A stretch of 64,000 nucleotides of DNA from Vitrella brassicaformis CCMP3155 (GCA_001179505.1 CDMY01000471.1:1-64000); one strand, 5' to 3'. Numbered from the stretch's first letter, positions 50,050 to 61,951 are shown. Notes: a model not told the origin generated them from the sequence alone. Translations and numbers: made by a program.

Positions 50050-53000
50050 TCAACCGCCGTCTGTCTCAGGCAGGAAGGGCTCGTTGATCCACCGGCGCAA
50101 GTTGGGCAGCGTGTCAGCATGCGTCCCTTCGTGGCCACAATACGCACACCGAAACTTCGGCAGCTCCTCTCTCGATCCAGCCGCCTGGCGGTCCTTCGCT
50201 TGCTGCAGCTGCTGGGCGAAGTGGGCCTGCCACTTGGTATAGCACGGCTGGCAGAGGCAGAGGTGACGACACGGAACGAACATGACGACTGGGGGAGCGC
50301 TGAGACACGTCACACACTCGCGTTGCTGGGCAGTGGACGGCTGGGTGGCAGCGCTTGATGATGAAGCCGCTTGCTGCATGGTCAGCTCAGCCAGCCTGAG
50401 ACATCAGCAGAAGGCCGACAGAGACATGGAACCGGCCTGCCTCACCTGCCTGCCTGCAATGGTTTTACTTTTTCTGGGCCTCTTCAAGCTGTCTTTTCAG
50501 CTCGTCCTCTCGCTCTTCCTTCCTCCTTGTCTCTTCCTTCGCCTCCTCCAGTCGCTGGCGCAGCTGATCCATCATACCTTCAGCCTCACTGGCAGAGACA
50601 GACCTATGAATGATGGAACGAGACAAGGCATCTTCACATGCCGATGGTCAAGGCACACAGTTCTCCGCCCCTTACCGGACGGCACGAGCACTGGCATCGG
50701 GTCTCTGGACCTGTCTCTCTCCGTGCCGAGATCCTGGCGCCGTGAGAGCACTTGCGGCGTCGTTCGGCTGGGGGGCGAGGGGAAACGGGGGAGGGGGCGG
50801 CAGAGGCTGGCAATCACCACTACTTCTGCGACCATACACGCGACAGAGACCGACTTGGCCTATCCCTCTTCGCTCTGAAGCTGGTACCTGTCAGTTTGGC
50901 CACGTACGCGGTCTTCGCGTACTCGTGGGGGGCGCGGAGGGGGAGGATAGGCCGGCCGTGGCGGCAAAGACGGGAGACTGATGATGAAACAGGAGATAAC
51001 ACAGTGAGATGAATCGGATTCGTTGCGATCCACTCCGACTTACGGCATTCGCTTTTCTGATTCTGGGAGGGCCTCCATCTGTTGTTTATGTTGGCGGTCT
51101 CTCTTTCTTCGGCTGACCACTGGCACGAAACTTTCGTCGCCATCACTCTCCCCGTCAACGGGCGGCGGAGACACGACACCTGCAGCATCAGTCGGCGGTG
51201 CCGAGGGGCCGCTGAAGACACAAAGACATGCAAGTGGGGAGACACGCATGCGAGGGGCCGCCGTCCAAATCTGTGTTTACGGGTGGAGGTCGGCAGATGA
51301 CAATGAGGACGACGGCTGGTCATTCGTGTCTCTATCGATGGCACCGGACGCCACACTGAACACGCACACACACGCATAGAGAGAGAAAGACAAGACAACA
51401 CTGCTTACCTGCTGTCAGCCTCTGTCGATGGCAACGGCCACTGCTGTCGCGTTCCCTTCTTGCCGCCCATTTTGCCTTTCTTCTTTGCCTTCTCTCGCTT
51501 CTCATCGGCTATCAGCTCCTCAGCTATTCGAGCAGCCACGGCATCATCTTCCTGCTGCTGGGGCGTTGTCCCGGTACTTCCCTGCATGTCCTGCTGAATA
51601 TCTTGCACGAGTTTGCATGCATAACGCTCGCCGGGCGTGGTCTTGTGCATCAGCTGAGTGTCGGCCCCGTGCTCGAGTAGTGTCCTGATCACCTGCTTGC
51701 AAGTGTCGATCTGTTCTGGTGGGGCTTTGTCTCTGAGCCGGTGACTGAGGCGCAAGCCAGCTTCCATCAGCGGCCGAAGGCCTAGCAGATTTGGCTTCTT
51801 GTTGATTTCTGCCGCACCGACATTCTTGCAGAGCCACTCGGCTACATGAAGCTGACCCTTTACCATGGCCAAGTCGAGCGGCGTCTTCCCTCCAGAGCTC
51901 CTCGCACTGGGAGACGCCCCATGCTTCATTAGCAGATCCAAATAGCTGCAGACGAAGTCTGATGACAGCCGGGTAGAGAGTGCAGCGGCCACATGTATTG
52001 GAGTATTGCCTTTGCTGTCCTCCTCAACGGCGAGAGATGGGTCATGCTCCAGCAGCTGGTGATATACCTCCAGCTGGTCGGTCTCATACTGACGGCTCGG
52101 TTGAGTTGCTGGGACCGACAGAACGGGGAAGGCGAGGCACAGTCCATGCGTCGCCGCTCCATTCTTCAGAAGCACTTCGACAGAGATCGAGTCGGCACAT
52201 CGGACGGCCGTAAGAATAGGCGGTGTGTCGAATACAGTACAGCGGCGGTCGGTGCCCACTTCCGCGGACACGAGAGCCCCAAGAACGGCGGCGTGCAGCT
52301 TGCGGCATGGCCACTTCGGCAAAGCGAGCTCTCTTCCATCGCCAAAATTCCACGGACTCCAAGAGCAGTCGATCGCTAAGTACAGCAGTCCGAGAGGAAT
52401 CACGGGAGAGTCTTCGTTGACAATGTCGCGTAAAGGAACGGCCATCGTGACGTCAGCTCCCGCTTCCACAAGACGCTTCACCTCATCAGCCGCACTACAA
52501 GCGGTACATTGCCAGAAAACTGACCCAGGGGGGTGGGAAACTGTGTTCTCTGCGGAAAACCGGGGCCCCATGCGGAAAACTGAGCCGGGGGCCCGGAAAA
52601 CTGGTGATCTGCAGTGGAAAACTGACCACCTGCGTGGAAAACTGGTCTTCTGCCGCCTGTACCCAGTTTTCCATTGCCTGATGCCAGTTTTCCACTGTCT
52701 CTACCCAGTTTTCCAGTCTCTCTACCCAGTTTTCCATTGCCTGATGTCAGTTTTCCAATAAATGTGCCAGTTTTCCAATAGATATGCCAGTTTTCCAATG
52801 AATGTGCCAGTTTTCCAGTAGATACACTCGAGATCTAACGCAGCACGCACCAGTCAATGCTTTCTGAAGTCAGTGAGAGAGTTGGAGAGAGCGCGGGCGT
52901 GCAGCAGGAGGGAGAGAGACACAGGGCAAGGATGGCCGGCCGGCCGTCAATAAAAGACGGTGTCCGCTCGATGCACCCATCCACTCACTCAGTCATCGAT

Positions 53001-53576
53001 CATCAGTACCTGTCATCATCATCCTCGCCCTTTCCGTGCACCTCCAACAGAGGGCAGAGAGCGACCGCACCTCGGAAAACTGGCAGATTCATCGGAATCA
53101 TCGGAAAACTGGCACATTCATTGGAAAACTGGCACATTCATTGGAAAACTGGCACATTCATTGGAAAACTGGTGGGTAGAGACAGTGGAAAACTGGTATC
53201 AGGCAATGGAAAACTGGGTACAGGCGGCAGAAAACCAGTTTTCCACGTGGGAGTGCCAGTTTTTTACTGCAGATCACCAGTTTTCCACGCAGGTGGTCAG
53301 TTTTCCACTGCAGATCACCAGTTTTCCGGGCCCCCGGCTCAGTTTTCCGCATGGGGCCCCGGTTTTCCGCAGAGAACACAGTTTCCCACCCCCCTGGGTC
53401 AGTTTTCTGGCAATGTACCGCTTGTAGTGCGACGAAATTCTACGGCACACAATCCCACAGGCGAGCTCTAGACTCGCCACATGATTGTTGCCCTTCCGTA
53501 GGACGATAGCCGCAAGCTCGAAGCCTTGGCTGCGCAGAAGATCATCTAGTTGACTCTCGTAGGAGGGCTCCTCCAT
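50050..53576 (-). pseudogene. Ankyrin-repeat + coiled-coil + C3HC4 RING protein (putative E3 ligase), interrupted by a transposon
   Basis: Ankyrin motifs (GNTPIHVAA, GKTPLDLA, GLRPLMEA), coiled coil (LEEAKEETRRKEEREDELKRQLEEA) and RING CVTC...PCRHLCLCQPC...CAYC. The first exon is split by the element at 52493-53429. One internal splice near 50830-50880 is unresolved. Confidence 0.75.
52493..53429. mobile_element. Non-autonomous CACTA/EnSpm-type DNA transposon (937 bp)
   Basis: Termini CACTACAAG...CTTGTAGTG. About 150 bp of apparently identical TIR, extending imperfectly to about 330 bp. GGAAAACTG subterminal repeats, 2-bp CG duplication on both flanks, no transposase ORF. Confidence 0.85.
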
Positions 53577-53788
53577 CTGAATGTTTCGAACACTGGCAGA
53601 CAGTACAGCACACACACGTCAGGGGGACCAGATCTCAGGCAAAGCGAGACCCTTTGTGCCATCACCTGTTCCTTGTGTTGGTTGGTTGGTTGGTTATTGC
53701 GTGTGTGCGCTGACAGCGAAGGGGAACTTGAAGCCTGACAGATGAAAGTGGCCCCCACTTCGAGCTCGCAATCGTCCAGGCAGGGGAA

Positions 53789-54493
53789 ATGGAGAGCGGC
53801 GACTTCGGACGCTCCTTCGAGGAGTCTATAGAGCGGTTTGCGACCTACGAGGACTATCTGGACGCTCAAATCACCGACACAGACCGGTTCTATCTCGAGG
53901 ACGATGAGTTGGCCCGCCAGCTGGTGGAGATCGGATGCCGCAAGGGGGAAGTGCTCAGCAGGGAGGAGTTCGCCGCCAGGAGGGAGGCGGCCGAGCAGTC
54001 CAAGCGGGCCAAGCTCCAGAACGCCCCGAAGGTGCTCGCGAGTGCGGGGCGGGACCTCTCGCAGTACCCCTTTCTCCGCCACTTGGCCGCGAGGGAGGAG
54101 CTGGTCCGCAACGGTCGGCTGTCGACCATTATTTTCATCCGCGACCGCAACCAGAAGGGGCAGGAGATCAGCGGCTACGTTGACTACGGCTTCCGTCTCA
54201 AAACCGAGAACTTCGAGCCGTACTTCGACAGGAAGAGGCGGCTGCTGCCACGGCCCACCGATCTGTCTTTCTTCAACTGGGACACGCACCACAGCACGGC
54301 CAACGACTCGCCAAACTTCCAGATCATCCCTGACCACGATCTGGGGCTGCTGTTCAAGAACAAGAGGGACAGGAAGGTCATCAATGTCGACCCCAATGCG
54401 GAGCCGGGCGACAACTCGAGAAGGCATGAGCTGAAGACGCATGAGTATCTGCAGGTGGTCATCTACGACCATATGACCAGAAAGAAGGCGTAG
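53789..54493 (+). CDS. CFAP299: Cilia- and flagella-associated protein 299 (DUF4464), single exon
   Basis: 234-aa ORF with FATYEDYLD...YLEDDELARQLVE, LSTIIFIRDRN..GQEISGYVDY, LLPRPTDLSFFNW, GLLFKNKRDRKVINVDP and VVIYDH. Confidence 0.9.
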   Translation: MESGDFGRSFEESIERFATYEDYLDAQITDTDRFYLEDDELARQLVEIGCRKGEVLSREEFAARREAAEQSKRAKLQNAPKVLASAGRDLSQYPFLRHLAAREELVRNGRLSTIIFIRDRNQKGQEISGYVDYGFRLKTENFEPYFDRKRRLLPRPTDLSFFNWDTHHSTANDSPNFQIIPDHDLGLLFKNKRDRKVINVDPNAEPGDNSRRHELKTHEYLQVVIYDHMTRKKA

Positions 54494-55303
54494 AGTGGGA
54501 GGGAGGGAGACATGAGTTGGTGTGGCTGGGGTGGGGGTCTTTGTATGGCGAGTGGGGGTGAGACATGGACCCACCGTTCATGTGGGTGTCAGTGGGTGGA
54601 TGGATGGGAATATGTATAGCTTCCGTTCCGTGCGGTGAGAAAACACACATACATGGGTGGATCCATTCACTGCAATGATTACATCGCATCCATCAGTCAG
54701 TCAGTCAGTCCGCATGCCAACCCATCAAAACTCTCAAGATGAGATGGAATGATACACAAGTGTCATTCTTGCCCTGTGTGTGTGTGAGCAGCCAGTTAGC
54801 GCCGTCTCCGCCTCACGCTCGGCCTCTCCACAGTGGGTACAGGGAAAGCCCGTTCCCAAGGTGGAGGCAAGTGAACTGGGCATTCTCACACGCACGCAGG
54901 AATGCAATGCATGGATCAGGCAGGTAGGCGCCCGCGCAGGCCGCGCGCACAACTGGGTCGTGCGGCGGGTACATACATACACCACACAGCATCCTCCCTC
55001 CCTCCCTCCCTCCCTCCTCTCTCAACGACAAAAAACCCGCAACCACTCCGTCATACACACACACGTGTACGTGTACATGTTCACATGTGTATATGGATGG
55101 ATGCCGTGTCTAATGGCTCTGTGCACACGTCGGGCCACAGGGCCAGGTCGTCGGGCAGAAGCTCGCGCTCTCCTGCCTGGTGCCCCAGCCTCAGTGCGAG
55201 CAAACACACACACACAGACAGGCAGACGTCGGCAGGGAACTGCTGCTCTCCCTCCCTCCCGCCCCTTTCCTCTGTATGCACACCCCCTCCCGTCCACACA
55301 CAC

Positions 55304-57184
55304 TCATGCAGCAGCGGCGGTGGCTGTCTGAGCGGCCTGCTGCTTCTCCTTGGTGCCGCGCGCGATGATGTTGCGTGCCCGCGTGCCGCCCACCACTCGC
55401 TGCATCGACTGGTACCTGCAACACACACAGCAAATACGCAGACACGTTGGTTGATGGCTGGTGTGTTGGTTGGTGTGTTGGTCGCTGACCATGGTCCGAT
55501 CTTTGAGTTCTGGAAGACGTCCTGCTCGCATCTGAACCCCTCAATGCTCTTCAGAATGCTGTGGGTCGACAGGCAAACGATACACCACACCCACATGCAG
55601 CGTCTCTTTTGCACCCCCCCAGCCAGCGCACCTACCCGAAAATGTTGAAGTCAGCTTCGTTGGGCGTCTCGCCGCCCAGGAAGGTGCGCCTGCCGACGGC
55701 CTCAACAAACTCGTTCAACGCACCGTAGAGGGCCTCACGCTCATTGTCCACCTGCAGAAAGGCAGCGTGTCATGGGTGTGTTGGTGTGTGTGTTGCGGTA
55801 TGTGAGAGTGTGTGTGTGACGTGCCTTGTATTTCTTCTTTCGCGACTTTGAGACGAGCCACATGACAAGAGTGCCGGAGAGGTGGGCGCCCCACTTCTCG
55901 AAGAAGGAGAAGGACGGGTGCGTCAACAGGTAGTCAAACGTCTCGGCGGACTCCTGCAGGTCAGGTAGGTGCACACACAGGGACATCGGATGAATGCCAT
56001 AGTGGATGCATGTGGGTGTTATCTCTCTCTGTGTGTGTGTCTGTGTGTGTGTACCTTGAGGGAGCGGTAGATGTTCATCACAATCAGCTGAACCAACACG
56101 TCGTCAGACCTGCACACACACACAGACACACACGTCCCTCCCTCTCTCCCTCTCTCCCTCCCCCCCGTCCCTCTCTCATCCCATTCCAGCTGACCACTTG
56201 ATCCACTTCTTCTCCTCTTCCTTGGCAGCCTCGCTCTCCTTCTGGCCTGCCTTCCCACTGCCACCACCACCACCACCCCTGAGCCCCCCCTTGCTCTCGC
56301 GCCGCCTGGCCTCGTGTGCGACCAGGTTGTGCACGATGCGCTTGCTGTCCTTCAGGACGATGGCAGAGGGGTCGTCGGGCGAGGAGGGCGGGACGGGTGA
56401 GCTGGCTGACGGGGGTGTGTTGGGGCGGATGACGAGGATGGGCACCTTCTTGTAGTCGGGGCTCCAGGAGGAGATCTCCTTCTTGGCCAAGGGATGCACC
56501 TCCACCACCTGTGTGTGGCGATACATATGGGGGAATGAATCGATGGATTGGATGGTGTGTAGGGTAGGGTGGTGTGTGGTAGTGCTCTCACGTTGTAGGG
56601 GATGTTGTGGTAGTCCAGTGCGATGCGCACTTTGCGGCAGAACGGACAGCTCCTGTCAACACACACACACACACACAGACAGACAGACATGGAGATGCCC
56701 AGACAGATCCCTCTCTCTCTCCGTTGGCTGACTGACTGACTGACTCGAATTGGTAAATGGTGACATCGCTGTCCTGCAGCGACACGTCCGCGGCAATGAG
56801 GTCGTCCTCCTTCAGGAACTTGTCCACATCCACACCACCGCCAGGCACACTGATGCTCGCGCCACCTCCTGCTGCACCACTGCCACCAGCACTCTCAGCA
56901 CAATGCGCCACGCCATAGTGCGGCCGCTTCGACGACGAAAAGGCGCCATAGCCGAGCAGCAGAGACCCGCCAATAACAGCGGCAGCAGCTTTGGCTGCAT
57001 TAGACTGGTGATGGGATGGGCTGCCCTGTGTCGGCGTGTGCGGCGGCGCTTGTCTGAGGGAGAGGGTGATGTTTGCAGCGGCAGCTTGGGCAGCGGCGGG
57101 GAGCGGTGGCGATGATGCGTGAGGGGACGCTGCAGCAGCCAGGGAGCGCCGCAGCGAGGAGGCCAAAACGCGGATGTCCCTCAT
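55304..57184 (-). CDS. PTGES2: Microsomal prostaglandin E synthase 2 (GST/glutaredoxin fold)
   Basis: Spliced YQFE|SCPFCRKVR, VEVHP..KKEI, YKKVPIL, ESAETFDY, DNEREALY, FLGGETPNEADF; transit-peptide-like N-terminus. Confidence 0.9.
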
Positions 57185-57614
57185 CTGTGTTCCTCTCACT
57201 CAGGCTGATGAGCTACAGGCAGATCTCGCACACCGGCCGTCTGTGCGCCTCGGAAAGACCCACAATGCAGCGCGAGACACCTGAGCTGTGCACGCTTAGC
57301 TCGCAGGTTGTGAAAGGATTCTTGCTGCCTTTCCTGTGGAAGAAGAGGTGGAGGAGATCTGACGGAGAGCACACACCCAGCTCAGATCTCTTTCATCTCT
57401 TTCATCATCCTTTCATCAGAGGGAGGGACTGACTGACTGCAGTGAGTCCTTGGGCCAGCCTGTGTGCGCCTGTCCGCCTTGCGTGGCTTTAATTCGCCGT
57501 ACCATGGAAGCCCTCTGACCGGCGTCCCACTACAGCAGCTCTTTTTATCTCTTTTGCTCGCCTCGGCTCTCATCGCCTGTCCGTGTCTGGTGTAGTGTGG
57601 TGTGGTTGGTGAGG

Positions 57615-60576
57615 ATGTCTCTGCGCGAGAGCTTTCAGTGCTACTGGAACGTGCTGTTCACGCCCTTCTGGTATGGCGTCATCGGCCTCCTCTGCTGCTT
57701 CTGCCCCCTCTTCATGGCCATCTCGTACGCACCAACACACACCGCACCACAACACACCATACCACACCACACACAGAGGGAGAGAGGGAGGATTCGCTGC
57801 ATATGTGTGTGCGTGTGTGTGTGTGTGTGTCAGGTGCATAGTGGACGTCACGACCGACACGTTCGGCCCCGACGTCTACATGGTCAACGCTTCGGTGGAC
57901 CTGATGTGCGGCCTGGTGGGCCCGTTGGCCATCTCTGTGGTCGGCAACATGTCACAGCCATCCAAGTTCGGCCGCAAGAAGATGCTCGTCTTCATCAGCG
58001 CCGTCAAGACAGTGCCGCTCATCGCAACGGCACTCACCGGGGTGAGAGAAATACAGAGGGAGAGGGGTGGACGGACGGACGGACGGACGGCTGAGATGCA
58101 TTGAGTCTTCTGTACGATGGATGTAGAGTGGCTATGGGTGGATAATGGGGTCGATCTTTATGTGTGTGTTCGCTGCGCGCGAGCCGGGAGGGCTGGAGCC
58201 AATCCTGCAGGCCTGGATCACCGTACGGGAAGCAAGAAACATCGATCCACTCTTGCATGCTTGCCTCTCTCTCTCTGTGCGTGTGTGTGACAGGATTGGG
58301 CGTCCGAGCGCGAGAAGATGTCCATTCTCGGAGTGGTCAGTCGGCACACCAACACACAGAGCACAGTGGCTGCCTGTCCATCCATCCATCCGTGCGTCGC
58401 CTCTCATACCTGTCCGTCTGGTCCGTGCGTGCGTGCAGCAATCGGGCATTTTGTCGGCGTGTTTCGTGACCTTTTCCCTCTTGGCCGGTGTGCTCCTGCG
58501 CCGCGGGATCGTCACCTCCATGCAGCTCATGCAGGGCGCTGCCGTGTTCTCGGTCAGACACCACACACACGTACACACACACATAAAGTGTGCATGAGGG
58601 TGTGTGTGTGTGTGTGTGTGTCAGTGCCTGGGCCCCCTTTATTTTGCCTTCGTCTTCCCAACCAAGATACACAGGGAGAGGATGCCAGGTCAGTCAGTCG
58701 GGTGGACCAAAGGCCTTCCGCACAGGAAGTCGTCTGTCCATCTGTCTGTCTGTGTGTGTGTGTGTGTGTGTGTGTCAGATGGTGTGCCGGTTCCCCACCT
58801 GCCCCGGATGCGCAGCGGGCAGAGCCTTGCGAACATGAACTCTGTCACGATACTGATCAAGTGACAACCGCACCCCTGCACACACCGATCACTCCATCCA
58901 TGGACGGGCACATGGAGCGGTGTGGTGTGGTGTGTGTGCAGGTCGATGTGGCAGACGAGTGTCCGTGCGTTCCGCTACCTGGCGTACAAGCACCACCTGC
59001 TGCTCGGCGTCGCCGTCATCCTCTTTGGCGTGCAGGGAGGTGCGCAGACAGACACACACACATAGGGGGGAAGGGCACGTGTGAAAGTGGATGGATGGAT
59101 GCGTGTGTGTTGCAGCGACGATGGAGGTGCAGCTGTCCTACATGAAGAGACAGTTTGCCGTCACGGTACGCCACACGCAGACACACAGACAGACACAGAC
59201 ACACAGACGCAGCGCAGAGTTCCAGGGCCTTGTTCATTGCGTGTGCAGGATTCGCAGTTGTCGTTCATGCTGACCTTCTCCGGACTCGCCGGCACTGTCG
59301 GACAGGTCAGTGAGTGAGGCAGTCCGTCACACACCACACCACACCACGCCATACACACACACATATTCAGTCACCCTCTCTCTTCTCTGTCGTCGCTTGC
59401 AGCTGTTGATCCTGCCCATCTTCCAAGCCTTCATGTCGGCCTACAGCGCCCTCGCTGTCTGCGTCTTCGCCGTCTTCACCCAGATGGTCGTCTTCACACA
59501 GGTGCGTTACACACACCCACCCGGCCGGTCGGCCGTGTGTCCGTGTCAGTCAATGGATAGATTGTGTGATGGCATGGCTGCGTGTGGTGTGCGACTTACT
59601 GGTCTCTCTCTCGTTCAGGCGAGCACCCCTTTGGCCTTTTACGTGGGCATGGCGCTGGGCAGCGCGTCCTACATATCGATGCCGCTCATCATGTCCATCA
59701 TTGCTAAGTGCCAAATGGACGGCTCGCTCACGACATCAGAGGAGAGAAACCAGGGCTCGGTGCGCCACACCCCCCCTCCCCTCCCCCCTCAACAACACGC
59801 AGAGAGAGGGAAAGATGATGATTGCCGTTCACCTGTCTGTGTGTCTGCCTGTCTGTCTGTCTGTCTGTGCGCATTGCATTCAGATTATCGGCGGCTTCGT
59901 GGGCATCCGTGCGATGGTCAACGCGGTGGGCCCCCTGTTGATCGCCCTCTGCCTGTCCAACTGGCCCCTCTTCCCCCCGCCATTCAACTTCCCCTCCGTC
60001 GGCTTCGCCCTCATGTCATGCCTCATGCTCGTCGCCACATTCCTCGCATGCCTTCTTGTCTTCCGCAAGAACCAACACGGCGACGCACCGGTCGTCTCAC
60101 ATGCAGCCCCGGTCAGCAGCGGCAGCAGCAGCAACGTGGATGCCACCCACACCCACAGTGGGCCCAGTGGCAGCAGCAGTGACCCATTGCCGGTGCCGGG
60201 CCTCGGCGAAACGCCTTACGAGCAGCTCAATGGAGAGGAACACAATCACACGAGGGAGAAAGAAGCTGCTGGTGGCGATGATTCGCCAGGGGTGGGGATG
60301 GTCCGGTCAGAGAGCGACCAGACCGACCCCCTCAACCACACCGACCACCCCTGCCCATCTCGTGGCTACCTCCCGCCGTCGCCCCGCTTCCTGTGGCAGA
60401 AGGGCCACGAGCTGCCCCTCCTGCACCAAGGCAAGGACGGTGGCTCTGCGGGCGGTGGTGGGCTGACGCCCTCGACCGCTGCCGGGACGCCTTTAAGCTT
60501 GGAGCGTGTCGACAGTGACGCCGCCTCTTGTGTGGAGGAAGGGCGACGCACGCACAGGCGGATGTCGTCCATATGA
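57615..60576 (+). CDS. Major facilitator superfamily transporter (TetA/HIAT-like)
   Basis: Multiple hydrophobic exons, loop motif SKFGRKKMLV, C-terminal GIRAMVNAVGPLL, hydrophilic tail ending at 60576. Confidence 0.75.
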
Positions 60577-61267
60577 TATAGACAGCAGATGGGCTGGGGA
60601 GTAAGGGGGAGGGAGGGATTTAGGTGTTGGGGGTCTGAGTATGTCGCCCGGTGGATGGAAGGGCGGCAAGTGGCGAGAGAGAGCGAGAGGCAGAAGTGTA
60701 AGCGTAGCGCAGCGAGAGGTCGAGCAGGTCAGAGAACGATCATGCTGGCATCGGCTGGTTTTGTCCTGTGTGTGGAGTACGATGCGATGCCACCAACGCC
60801 CACGGGATGTGATCTGGTGTGATAATACGGCTTTTTCTGTTGCATACTTACGTAGATCTGTGTCTGCCAGGGAGGGAGGGAGGGAGGGAGGGACGGATGC
60901 ATCGCACTCTCGAATATTCTCTCCACCCATTTCTGAGTCAACAAGCGATCATCGGACACACACTCTCACACACACACACACACACATACACACATATGTG
61001 GCCCGGCCGGCCAGATGGCAGGGGCCGACCACTCTGACAGTGTTTTGTGTGTGTGTGTGTGCATGGCGCAGCCGGGCGTTATTGATACCTACCAGTACTT
61101 TTGGCGGCTGTGGCTGTGCAGCAGCAGCAGCAGGTCAAGAGGGAGTGGAACGACTGACGTGCGTCGAGCCGTCGACGCAAGTAGCCGTCCAGCTCTCTGC
61201 TGACCTGCTGCTGCAGCCGCCACCAAGGGCAAGACAGGCATTGGCAGGGCAAGACAGTTCATTGGGG

Positions 61268-61307
<40 letters not shown>

Positions 61308-61951
61308 TGTGTGTGTCGGGATGTGACGGGATGGGACAGACATGAGGGTAGGGATCGTGAAGACACCCTAACCAACAGACATCTCCTGACTCTCTCTGAC
61401 TGGTTGTGGTGTGGTGTGTATCCCCTTTCCTACTGGGTCTGTACCCTTTCATACGGCGCCCGCTTCCCACGATCTGATCTGCATGGGTGGGTCGCGTTGG
61501 TGCGCTTTATTTGACACAGTGCGTGGACATGGACATGTACGTGTGTGTACGTGTGTGTGTGTGTGTGCGTGTGTGTATGTGTGTTGTTTTCATCCTGTGC
61601 GTGTGCGTGTGTGTGGTCGCTATCGCTCCATTCGTTCTTTCCCTCATCCGCACGGGTGAGCATGTCTGTGTCGTCAGTGTCGATCGGCCTCTCGCTGTGT
61701 GTGTGGTGCGGGCGTGTGAGGGAGCCGCGGAAGTTGCAGTTGCAGTGGGTGCCTGCCTGCCTGCCTACCTGGCCTGGCCTGGCCCATCTCCTATGCCGTA
61801 ATTTGAAGGCATCAAGCCAGACGGGCCGGTCCTCTTTTTCCACGCCTCTTTTTGTCACTCGCCAACTGCTGTCTTTTTCTCTCGCCTGTGTCGTTTGTGT
61901 GCGTGTGTGCTCATGTGGTGGGGGGAAGGCAAATCGGTGGGTGACATTCAG

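Noticed and set aside
52520-53410. Regularly spaced short repeats resembling a CRISPR array
   Set aside because: The core is only about 9 bp with 11-12 bp between copies, orientation flips, it sits within TIRs with a TSD, and there are no cas genes in a eukaryotic context.
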